In this document: one piece after another, positions 55,857-64,000 of the stretch | Layout of the letters: the number at the start of each line of letters is the position of its first letter | Numbering within the stretch: position 1 is the stretch's first letter | Source of the DNA: a candidate division FCPU426 bacterium | GTDB lineage: Bacteria > Oederibacteriota > Muellerivitia > Muellerivitales > Muellerivitaceae | Reading direction: 5' to 3' | Assembly (NCBI GenBank): GCA_963738405.1 | Contig: CAVTWJ010000009.1 | Coordinates: forward strand, 160,001 to 224,000 | DNA length: 64,000 nt | Made by a program: the position numbers and the translations under genes | The notes under the pieces: generated by a model | Database searches by the model: none | What the model saw: the letters and a program-made list of their open reading frames with translations, nothing else | Told to the model about the DNA's origin: nothing

Positions 55857-57263
55857 TTGAAAAGCGCCTTCTTGGTTAACCAAAATTCTATTGGTTATAC
55901 ATGGATTGCTTTAACGGCGGTGTTGTTTTGTCAGCCGCAAGCCTTCGCGGATGAGCCTTCGGGCAAGCAAGTTTCCTCCATTCGAGAATATGCCTATGGC
56001 AAATCGGGGGAGTGGCTTTATGAAGCCCTTTCCAAGATCCATTGGCCCAGGACCCGGGCCCTCGCGGAGAAGGAAAGGCTGTTTAAGATTCCCGTCGATT
56101 GGCAAAAACAAGAATACGAAAATAAAGAAGGGTTCCCCTATCTTTTCCCCTGCGCCCTGGATTACGCGGCGGGAAGTCCCTCCACATCTGTCATCGCGAC
56201 CGGCTACCGTGTTAAGTACCACAGCAACGCCAAAAAATTGTTCGATGATTATTTTGCGAGGATTCAGTCCTGCCGTTTTTTGAACACAAAGGCCAAAGCT
56301 TTAATCGCCCAGCAGGAAGAGATGACGCGGGACAAGGCCATGGTTTTTTACATTTCCTTCGATCAAGGCCAAGTCCAAAGCGTTTATTATCCAGGAAAGA
56401 TTGAGTTCAAGGGGGGGGACCGGCGTCATATGGAAAAATGGCTTCCGGAAGCGCGGGAGGATGAAAAAAGCTTTAAGAAGACCGACTATGCCTTGGTGCA
56501 AAATTCCCAGGGGCTTCTCGCGATCCTCAACGGGACCTTTGACCGGGAAGATAATTTCGTTTGGTGGAATAAGGACGCGGCCAAGCGCCGTTACGCGGGG
56601 CTTCAGTTTGACGGCCGTCTCTTTTTGCCGGTTCAACCGGAGATGGCCACCTTCGCTTTATACGAGGGGGGAGGGGTAACCTTGGGGACCTATCAGAGCC
56701 TGAAGAACAAGGAAAAAATAAAAACCCTTGTTCAGAACCGGTTTATGGTGATGGCGGATGGGGAAGAAGGAAAAGACGAGTTTCCCGACGCCTACTGCGG
56801 ATTTTACGACAACATCGCGCGGTCTTATCTTTTCACCGACAAACACCACCGTATCGGTTTTCTATGGTCCCTTTACACCCCTCCCAGCGTTCTGGTGCCA
56901 TTAGCCAAGGAGATGGGAATTGAGAACATGATGCTGTTGGATATCCATTCACCGGTGGCGGCAACCCTATCGGACCCGGCGGGACCCTATGATTACACCA
57001 ACTTCAGGGACTACATGAAACGGTCTTTCGACCTGATTCCCAATTTTTTTAGGCTTTATCCCCTGCGGTCGGCCATCGTCTGGCTATCCCGGGCGCTTCA
57101 AAGCGGCATTCAAACCCATTATGTCTTGGAGGCGTTTCAGAATGGGGATGAGGACTACTTTGCGTTTTTCTTAAAGGGGTCGCCGGAAGCCCAAAGGGTG
57201 GAAAGAATGGGAGGGCAGACCCTTTCCACACCGAGCCTCAGTTCTTCCGGCTCAGTAAAATAA
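55857..57263 (+). CDS. Hypothetical exported protein, possibly phosphodiester glycosidase (NAGPA)-like
   Basis: ILNGTF, LVQN, ARS.L....., MG...MMLLDI pattern; start uncertain. Confidence 0.5.
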   Translation: MKSAFLVNQNSIGYTWIALTAVLFCQPQAFADEPSGKQVSSIREYAYGKSGEWLYEALSKIHWPRTRALAEKERLFKIPVDWQKQEYENKEGFPYLFPCALDYAAGSPSTSVIATGYRVKYHSNAKKLFDDYFARIQSCRFLNTKAKALIAQQEEMTRDKAMVFYISFDQGQVQSVYYPGKIEFKGGDRRHMEKWLPEAREDEKSFKKTDYALVQNSQGLLAILNGTFDREDNFVWWNKDAAKRRYAGLQFDGRLFLPVQPEMATFALYEGGGVTLGTYQSLKNKEKIKTLVQNRFMVMADGEEGKDEFPDAYCGFYDNIARSYLFTDKHHRIGFLWSLYTPPSVLVPLAKEMGIENMMLLDIHSPVAATLSDPAGPYDYTNFRDYMKRSFDLIPNFFRLYPLRSAIVWLSRALQSGIQTHYVLEAFQNGDEDYFAFFLKGSPEAQRVERMGGQTLSTPSLSSSGSVK

Positions 57264-57278
57264 AAGCGAAAATACCCG

Positions 57279-57986
57279 CTACCATTTCAATTCATGGCCG
57301 TCGTGATAAATGAATTGTCCCGTTTTTTGAAGGGATAATTCTTTGGCGGTTTTGACGATGGCCGAAGTGGCTTCCTCGGCCGACAAGGGGGCGCTAGGGC
57401 CTCCCATGTCGGTTTTGACCCAGCCCGGGTCCAAACAAACGACCGTGATGCCTTCCTCCTTGAATTGGAAGGCCATGGTGCGGGTGAGCATGTTGAGGGC
57501 CGCCTTGGAGGCGCCATAGGCATAAAACCCGCCTTCGTTTTTTCCGGAAAGGGAAGCCAATCCGGAAGTGATATTGACGATCCTGGGATTTTTGGATTTC
57601 CGCAGGAGTGATAGGAATTCCCGTGACACCCTCATTGGCCCTATCACGTTTATTTCGTAGGCGTCACGGCAGTTTTTAAAATCCACTTCCTCCAACTTGG
57701 CAAAGGCCGGGCCGGGGGATATGCCCGCGTTATTGATCACGATATCCAGATGATCGGTTTGGCCCGCGACTTCCAGGGCGGCTTTTTTTGCCGATTCGTC
57801 CGAGTCCACTTCCATCGGGATTAAAAAAAGTGAATTGGGATTTTTTTGTTTGAGGGTTTGAAGCTTGGAATTCTGTTGCGGATTTCGGCAAGCCGCGTAC
57901 ACGCGGTCTCCCTGGGTTAGAAATACTTTCGTCAATCCCAATCCGATTCCACGGCTGGCTCCGGTAATGAGCGCGCTTTCGGGCAT
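57279..57986 (-). CDS. SDR family oxidoreductase (CsgA/C-factor-like)
   Basis: TGASRGIG, NNAG, YGASKAALN, PGWVKTDMGG. Confidence 0.92.
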   Translation of the reverse strand: MPESALITGASRGIGLGLTKVFLTQGDRVYAACRNPQQNSKLQTLKQKNPNSLFLIPMEVDSDESAKKAALEVAGQTDHLDIVINNAGISPGPAFAKLEEVDFKNCRDAYEINVIGPMRVSREFLSLLRKSKNPRIVNITSGLASLSGKNEGGFYAYGASKAALNMLTRTMAFQFKEEGITVVCLDPGWVKTDMGGPSAPLSAEEATSAIVKTAKELSLQKTGQFIYHDGHELKW

Positions 57987-58043
57987 ATTTTGTCTCCTTC
58001 AGGATGCGAAATGAAATTTTTAAATGATTTCAGTTATTTAGAA

Positions 58044-58121
58044 TTGAAGCGGTTTCAAAAAGAAAACTGATTCGAGATTTTAGCTGTTCATCCCGGAGGT
58101 TCAAGATTGATACCGCTTTCA
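58044..58121. promoter_or_regulatory. Two LacI/CcpA-type operator-like sites
   Basis: TTGAAGCGGTTTCA (58044-58057) and TGATACCGCTTTCA (58108-58121; reverse TGAAAGCGGTATCA matches TGWAANCGNTNWCA). Confidence 0.5.
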
Positions 58122-58273
58122 GTTTGAAGAATCAGGTCCCGAGACTCGAGGAGGCTGATGCGTTAAACCATATTTTTCAACGAATCAACCATTCTTGAGC
58201 CGTGGATAAGGTATATTTTTAAAATCCGGAGAAAAAATTCTTCGGCATATTTTAAAGTCAGGGGCCAGAAAAC

Positions 58274-61200
58274 TTGCAACGCGCTATCTTCATCTTTTTT
58301 TTGTGCCTGGCCGCTTTTGCCCTTCCCGTCAAACAAGTAATAGCCCAAAACGTCAATGGAACCGCGGGAAATTTTCCTTTTCCCCAAAACCGTGACAACC
58401 CTTACGGCTATCACTCCTCCCTTAATAACAATGCTGATGTTTTAGCGGCCTACAACAAGTGGTACTCGGACTGCGTGGTCACTGACAGCTCCACGGGCTA
58501 TCAAAGGGTCACCCGGCCCAACGACTCAGGATTGAATCTCAATTCCACCGTATCCGAGGGGATCGGCTACGGACTGGTAATCGCCGTTTATATGAACGAT
58601 GAGAAGTTATTCGACAGCATTTGGAATTACGAACAGAAGCACCTAGATGGAAACCACCTGATGAATTGGTATATCGATCAAAGCGGCGCAAATGACGGAA
58701 CTGGAGCCGCCACCGACGCGGATGAGGATATGGCTTGGGCCCTCTTGATGGCCAATCGGCAATGGGGAGGGAGCGGGACATTAAGTAATACCTACCTTAA
58801 CTTCGCTGTCAGCCAAATCAATAACATCTATGCCACTGAATTGAACGGAGGGGTACCAGACGGAGGGGACGGGTTTACCCCCATCAACCCATCTTATTTC
58901 GACCCGGGCTATTATCGTGAATTCGCTTCGGCCACAAACAATTCAGGCTGGTTGGCAGTGGCCGCCAGCTGTTACACCGTTCTGAATGACAACCTTTCCC
59001 AAGGGTACGGCAACGCGAATAACGGGCTGGATTCAGCCTGGTGTACCAACGCGGGAGTTTCCACCGCCACCAACAATTCGCCTTGGGATTACCAGTACGA
59101 CGCTTGCCGTACGCCTTTTAGAACTGTCAAAGATTTTCTTTGGTTTGGCACTGCTTCCGCCCAGACCTATTTGACCAAGACCAGTAATTTCTTTTCGGGA
59201 ATCGGTGCGGTCTCAATTGTGGACGGCTATCAATTAAACGGCACACCCCATCCCCAACTTCCCACACTGAAGGTTTCGCAAAACCCCGGGTTCCAGTCGG
59301 CTGCTTTTGTGGGGCCTGCGGGATGTGGTGCCATGATCAGCAATACTTACCAGGGTTATATAGACGACACTTACAAGAATCTGGTGGGCTCCAAACTTCT
59401 GGTGGGGGGTACCTATTATGATGAATCCTGGACGGTGATGTCCCTGCTGATGCTCTCAGACAACTTTTTAGACTATAACCTCTATGTTTCCCCCACCCCC
59501 ACACCGACCTTGTCTGCTTATGCGCCTGCAACCATACGGGTCGACACCGGGTCGGTCACACAACTCGTAGATAGCGCCGGAGCGACCTGGGCGGCGGACA
59601 AACAGTTCACGGCCGGAAGCTGGGGGTACGATTCGGCCTCTGCGGGAAGCACTTCCGTTTATTCCGGCCAGGCTGTCAGCGGAACGGTTAACAATCAATT
59701 AGGCCTATACCAAACTGAGAGGTGGGGAAACCCAACCTACCATTTCACGGTTCCAAATGGCTATTACCAGGTGCTCTTCAAGTTTTGTGAGAATTATGAC
59801 GGTGATTCGCATGTTGGTGGAAGGGTATTTAGTGTGGTGGAGGCGGGAGACCCAGTTATTACCAATTTGGATGTCTATAAATCCGTGGGAGAGCACGCGG
59901 CTTACGATGTCCCCACGACTTGCGTTGTATCTACCGGCCAATTGGATATCGTCTTTAGTTCAAGTGCTGATACCTCGCAAGTGAACGCTATACAGATTAT
60001 CCGGCTGCAGACCCCGCCAACGCCCACCATAACCCCAACTAAGGTAGCGACGGCCACTAACACACCGACTACCCCACCGAGTCCGACGCCTGGGGGCCCC
60101 ACGGCTACCAATACCTTTTCTCCTACCATTACTCAGACCCCAACTGCCTCCTTTACAAAGACGATGACGGGTACTTCTACTTTTAGTCCAACGCCTGGGA
60201 GCCCCACGGCAACCCCAACCATTACGAATACCTTCACGGTTACGGCCACCGCCACCGCGACATCTACAGGCACGGCGACCTTTTCAGTGACGCCTACCGC
60301 GACGCCCACTCCGCTTTATGTCAATTGCGCTGGTCCCTTAACTGTTGATGGAGGTGGTATCTCTTGGCTCGCGGACCAGGCCTACACCGCTGGAAGCTGG
60401 GGTTACACTTCTGGGACGTCCTATAGCAGCGGGGGGCCGATTGCCAATACGGTGGATCCAACACTCTATGAAACGGAAAGAGCGGCGGGAGGAGTAACTT
60501 ATAAATTCACCCTTCCCAATGGAGTCTACGACGTGGTGTTGAAATACGCAGAAACTTATTACACCACCATTGGAGCCAGGGTGTTCAATGTGGCCTTAAA
60601 CGGAGTTACGGTTTTGAGTAATTTTGACATTTACAAAGACTCGGGCGGAAAGAACATCGCTGACGACAAAACCTTCGCGGTTACGGTTACAAACGGAACC
60701 CTGGAATTAGACGAAACGGCGTCCGTGCAAATTGCGACGATTCAGGCCATCGGCATTACCTATCTGGTTCTTCCCACTTCGACCCCGACCGCTACCTCGT
60801 CTTTCACCCCGACGATTACTTTGTCCGCAACCCGGACTCCCTCTTCTACCCCGTCAACAACTTTTACCCCCGTTTTAACCAACACCCCCACCGCAACTTC
60901 TTCCTACACCGCAACAGCGACGCCTACCGTTACTTCAACGTATACTTCGAGCCATACCTTTACTTCCACGCCTTCAAATACGGCCACATCGACCTCAACG
61001 CCAGGGTTTACCACCACCCTCACACCGACTTTTTCTTCGACTTACACCGGGACAGCCACCTTGAGCCCCACCGGAACACCCACCCTTACCTTTACGCCTC
61101 CCTTCACGGCGACGCCAACCATGACGAGAACTTTCACTCCAACTGTCTCCTTATCTTTTACGGTTAGTTTTACTCCTACACTTACCGGCACACCCACCCT

Positions 61201-62005
61201 CTCGCCTACTAAGACTTTGACTCCGGTTTTGAGTTTTACCTTCACTTCCACGACTACCCCAACTCTAAGCCCAACCCCAACACCCACTTACACCTCAACA
61301 GCGACTTCCACCGCCACGGGAACGGGTACGCTAACCCCTACCAGAACTTTCACGCCCGTATTTAGTTTTACTTTTTCTGCGACCACAACCTCTACCGCTA
61401 CAAGGACCTCCACAGCTTCCGCGACTCCAACCTTCACGCCCTCGGTCACAAATTCAATAACGACTACCGCGTCTCTTACTGCGACTCGAACTTTCACCTC
61501 TGTTTTCAGCGCTACCTATACGCCAACTCTTTCGGCTACATCTACTCAGGTTTATTCTCCGACTTACACCGGGACGGCTACATTTAGCCCCACTCGAACT
61601 TTCACGACTGTTTTTACCAGCAGCCCAACGTCGACAATAACGGTTACTCCCACCTGGACTTGGACCCAATCTCCCACCCCAACTCTTTACAACACCTTCA
61701 GCCCAACCTATTCGCCCATGCCCATTACGGGTGGAAAGCCTGTTGTTTTCCCTAATCCCTCGAACGGAACCAAGCCGGTTTTGATCCATTTCCCGTCAGG
61801 TGCGCTGACTAACGGCAAAATTCAGCTTTTTACAACAGCCTTCCGAAAAGTTTTGGATATTCCTTACTATTTACAGACGGGAGAAACAAATTTCTCATTT
61901 GAAGTAAAAGACCAAAGCGGCAATCTTTTGGCCAGCGGTTTGTACTACCTTGTTTTGACCAATTCTCAGGGAAAGCAGATACTGAAATTGCTGGTTCTTC
62001 GATAG
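58274..62005 (+). CDS. Secreted GH8 endoglucanase with two malectin-like domains, long Thr-rich region and T9SS/FlgD-Ig-like C-terminal domain
   Basis: TVSEGIGYG, ATDADED, YQYDACR; two W.AD...LY.TER...F.E.Y..RVF.V malectin modules; FPNP...ASGLYY.VL...KLLVLR. Confidence 0.9.
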   Translation: MQRAIFIFFLCLAAFALPVKQVIAQNVNGTAGNFPFPQNRDNPYGYHSSLNNNADVLAAYNKWYSDCVVTDSSTGYQRVTRPNDSGLNLNSTVSEGIGYGLVIAVYMNDEKLFDSIWNYEQKHLDGNHLMNWYIDQSGANDGTGAATDADEDMAWALLMANRQWGGSGTLSNTYLNFAVSQINNIYATELNGGVPDGGDGFTPINPSYFDPGYYREFASATNNSGWLAVAASCYTVLNDNLSQGYGNANNGLDSAWCTNAGVSTATNNSPWDYQYDACRTPFRTVKDFLWFGTASAQTYLTKTSNFFSGIGAVSIVDGYQLNGTPHPQLPTLKVSQNPGFQSAAFVGPAGCGAMISNTYQGYIDDTYKNLVGSKLLVGGTYYDESWTVMSLLMLSDNFLDYNLYVSPTPTPTLSAYAPATIRVDTGSVTQLVDSAGATWAADKQFTAGSWGYDSASAGSTSVYSGQAVSGTVNNQLGLYQTERWGNPTYHFTVPNGYYQVLFKFCENYDGDSHVGGRVFSVVEAGDPVITNLDVYKSVGEHAAYDVPTTCVVSTGQLDIVFSSSADTSQVNAIQIIRLQTPPTPTITPTKVATATNTPTTPPSPTPGGPTATNTFSPTITQTPTASFTKTMTGTSTFSPTPGSPTATPTITNTFTVTATATATSTGTATFSVTPTATPTPLYVNCAGPLTVDGGGISWLADQAYTAGSWGYTSGTSYSSGGPIANTVDPTLYETERAAGGVTYKFTLPNGVYDVVLKYAETYYTTIGARVFNVALNGVTVLSNFDIYKDSGGKNIADDKTFAVTVTNGTLELDETASVQIATIQAIGITYLVLPTSTPTATSSFTPTITLSATRTPSSTPSTTFTPVLTNTPTATSSYTATATPTVTSTYTSSHTFTSTPSNTATSTSTPGFTTTLTPTFSSTYTGTATLSPTGTPTLTFTPPFTATPTMTRTFTPTVSLSFTVSFTPTLTGTPTLSPTKTLTPVLSFTFTSTTTPTLSPTPTPTYTSTATSTATGTGTLTPTRTFTPVFSFTFSATTTSTATRTSTASATPTFTPSVTNSITTTASLTATRTFTSVFSATYTPTLSATSTQVYSPTYTGTATFSPTRTFTTVFTSSPTSTITVTPTWTWTQSPTPTLYNTFSPTYSPMPITGGKPVVFPNPSNGTKPVLIHFPSGALTNGKIQLFTTAFRKVLDIPYYLQTGETNFSFEVKDQSGNLLASGLYYLVLTNSQGKQILKLLVLR

Positions 62006-62220
62006 AATTCGTTCATTTCGTCAAAAAACTGAAGGAAAATTGCCAAATCCTGACAAAAAGTTCTTCTTGAGGATCATTTTCAGCTTCGTTCCATCCCCAA
62101 ATCATGTTTTTTACCGATAAACCCCTTTCGCTCTAAGGTATGGAAATTGCTCCTTTAACTCTTCACCTAGTTGAGGTAGCCTTTTAGTCCGGCCTCAAAT
62201 TTCACCAAAGAGAAATCGAT

Positions 62221-64000
62221 TTGATATTGTTTAAACAATTACCTTTTATCGGCTTCTTCGCTTTATGCGCTGGTATAGCCAATGCCCAACACGTGAATTC
62301 GGGCGCTGCCGCCAATAATTTCCCCCACGCCACAAGTGCCGCAAACTACTACAAATATCAAACTTTGTATGTTAATTCGGCAACTTATCCCCAAGCCACC
62401 ATGAATGCTTCCGTTTCAACCATGTACAACACTTGGTATGCGGATGCTGTCACTACGGGTGGAGCGGGCGGAACGGATAGCCATGGGACACAGCGGTTAA
62501 GGGTTTGGGGAAATTTCACAAATAACGGCACGCAGAATGGGGCAACCGTCTCGGAAGGAATTGGCTACGGCATGCTCATTGCTGTGATGATGAATGACCA
62601 AACAAGCTTCAATGGCTTTTGGGCTTATGCTCTTCAGTATATGCCGGACGACGATGGCAGTTTTTTGATGCAATGGATGATCAATTCCGGCGGGAGTGTC
62701 GTAGGCCACAATGCCGCTACTGATGCTGATGAAGATATGTGCATGGCCCTTTTGATGGCTGATAAGGTTTGGGGATCGAGCGGTACCTATGATTACAAAA
62801 CCAACTTTCAAAATATGCTCAATGCGATTTGGTCCAGAGAGGTTGACGTTAGCGGAAACGCATTCGTAAACCCGGGGGATGCTTATTCGAGCCCGGTTTA
62901 TTCCAGTTACATGACACCCGCTTGGTACAACTGCTGGGGGGAATCGGGCATTGATTCTCTGAGTCACAATTGGTCCTCCATCACTAATTGGGTTTATAAC
63001 TCGTATTACGGCGCCAATTACGCGAATGGATTTGTTCCTGAAACCCAGGGCGGATCCCAGATGCTGAATGACGCTTCCCGTTGCCCGATTCGTATCGGCT
63101 TGGATTACCTATATAACGGAACTGCCAAAGCAAAAACAGTTGCCCAGGCATTCGCTACCAATGTTGAAACTGGCGTTACGGCCAACGGATATAGCGGAGC
63201 GAGCGGCGAAATTCAATCCGGTTGGAATATCTCAAATGGAAGTGTGGTGGGTCCGGCAAACAGCTCGGTTCAAATGGCGGGAGTGGTGGTGACGGCCATG
63301 TGTTTAACTAATAACGTGGCCAACCAAAATTATCTAAACGGCGCTTATGACGCGATGCAGCCGGGAAAAGCCGGGGGTTTTGCCAATCCCAATCAGGGAG
63401 GGTTTGAATATTTCCAGGACACCCTCTGCCTGTTGGGGAATTTGATCGCTTCGGGCAATTTTCCGAATATCGTATGTGGTACACCTCCATGCGGTAGCAA
63501 TACCTGTACGCCTATCCCGACAGCCACACCCCAGTCCTGTTACATGGTTTCAGACGACATTGATGACACTTCCCAAAACCATCTTAATGGATATTGGTTT
63601 ACCTTCGCTTATGCCTCGGCTGCCAATACTCCGGTTACCACCCCGGGCATCTCATGGGTCTTTCCCTCGGCCAATATCGTGGATGGATCACAATTTGTTC
63701 CGGGACAAGCTGATTCAGATAGCGTATCTGGTTATTGTTACATTAATGGTGGAGCTACATTGGTGGGGGGAACAAGCAAAACGGTTTATGCGGGTTATGC
63801 CTTGGGAACCCAATTGACTAACGGATACACAAATCTCTCAAACATGACAAATGTTAGTTTTTACATCCGATCCAACACGATACCAGCCACTATTCGCTTC
63901 CAATTGACTAACCCGAACATCGATTTCGCCTCTTCGGGAGGCGTCGGGAATTCAAATCAATATGGCGCTGATATCATCATTACAGCCGCTAATACTTGGC
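62221..64000 (+). CDS. Second secreted GH8 protein (partial, runs off the window) with downstream CBM11/CIA30-like domain
   Basis: Open from TTG 62221 (or 62227): signal peptide ending ANA, TVSEGIGYGML, AATDADED, NDASR, then TPIPTATP and GYWFTF..VSFYIRS; absent from the ORF track because there is no stop codon. Confidence 0.85.
   Translation, partial: MILFKQLPFIGFFALCAGIANAQHVNSGAAANNFPHATSAANYYKYQTLYVNSATYPQATMNASVSTMYNTWYADAVTTGGAGGTDSHGTQRLRVWGNFTNNGTQNGATVSEGIGYGMLIAVMMNDQTSFNGFWAYALQYMPDDDGSFLMQWMINSGGSVVGHNAATDADEDMCMALLMADKVWGSSGTYDYKTNFQNMLNAIWSREVDVSGNAFVNPGDAYSSPVYSSYMTPAWYNCWGESGIDSLSHNWSSITNWVYNSYYGANYANGFVPETQGGSQMLNDASRCPIRIGLDYLYNGTAKAKTVAQAFATNVETGVTANGYSGASGEIQSGWNISNGSVVGPANSSVQMAGVVVTAMCLTNNVANQNYLNGAYDAMQPGKAGGFANPNQGGFEYFQDTLCLLGNLIASGNFPNIVCGTPPCGSNTCTPIPTATPQSCYMVSDDIDDTSQNHLNGYWFTFAYASAANTPVTTPGISWVFPSANIVDGSQFVPGQADSDSVSGYCYINGGATLVGGTSKTVYAGYALGTQLTNGYTNLSNMTNVSFYIRSNTIPATIRFQLTNPNIDFASSGGVGNSNQYGADIIITAANTW

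Noticed and set aside
60000..61730. Thr-rich coding region as a DNA tandem repeat or CRISPR-like array
   Set aside because: No identical nucleotide repeat unit or repeat-spacer structure; the repetition is at protein level. No CRISPR array, tRNA or rRNA was seen anywhere in the window.

Overview
This 64-kb window is gene-dense chromosomal DNA from a diderm bacterium. The Thr/Pro-rich secreted proteins with a 'FPNP...FTTAFRKV...SGLYY' C-terminal domain resemble those of candidate phylum FCPU426, but that assignment is inference only. From start to end it contains: (1) a surface-glycan modification operon (B12 radical SAM, divergent sulfotransferase-like protein, split transketolase, GT2, TIGR03032) between two paralogous GT-C/PA14-like genes; (2) an exported beta-carbonic anhydrase; (3) duplicated modules of a small outer-membrane beta-barrel plus Thr-rich NHL lipoprotein(s), followed by exbB-exbD-tonB; (4) a GT39-like gene with a ~198-nt structured in-frame insertion; (5) a DCC-LMF1 fusion, orphan livG/livF, TPR/beta-barrel genes, and system II cytochrome c biogenesis genes, with an inverted-repeat miniature element in the 5' end of ccsA; (6) housekeeping genes (M32 carboxypeptidase, sua5, ppc, purE, SDRs); (7) an adenylate cyclase, a GH44, four tandem paralogous GT-C-like membrane proteins and a pseudo-cyclase STAND/TPR protein; (8) two tandem secreted GH8 glucanases, the second running off the window end. 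I saw no rRNA, tRNA, CRISPR array or transposase. The strongest novelty candidates are the two structured DNA elements inside reading frames and a possible GT-C-based O-glycosylation/secretion system for Thr-rich surface proteins. All family calls come from motif recognition, not database searches.
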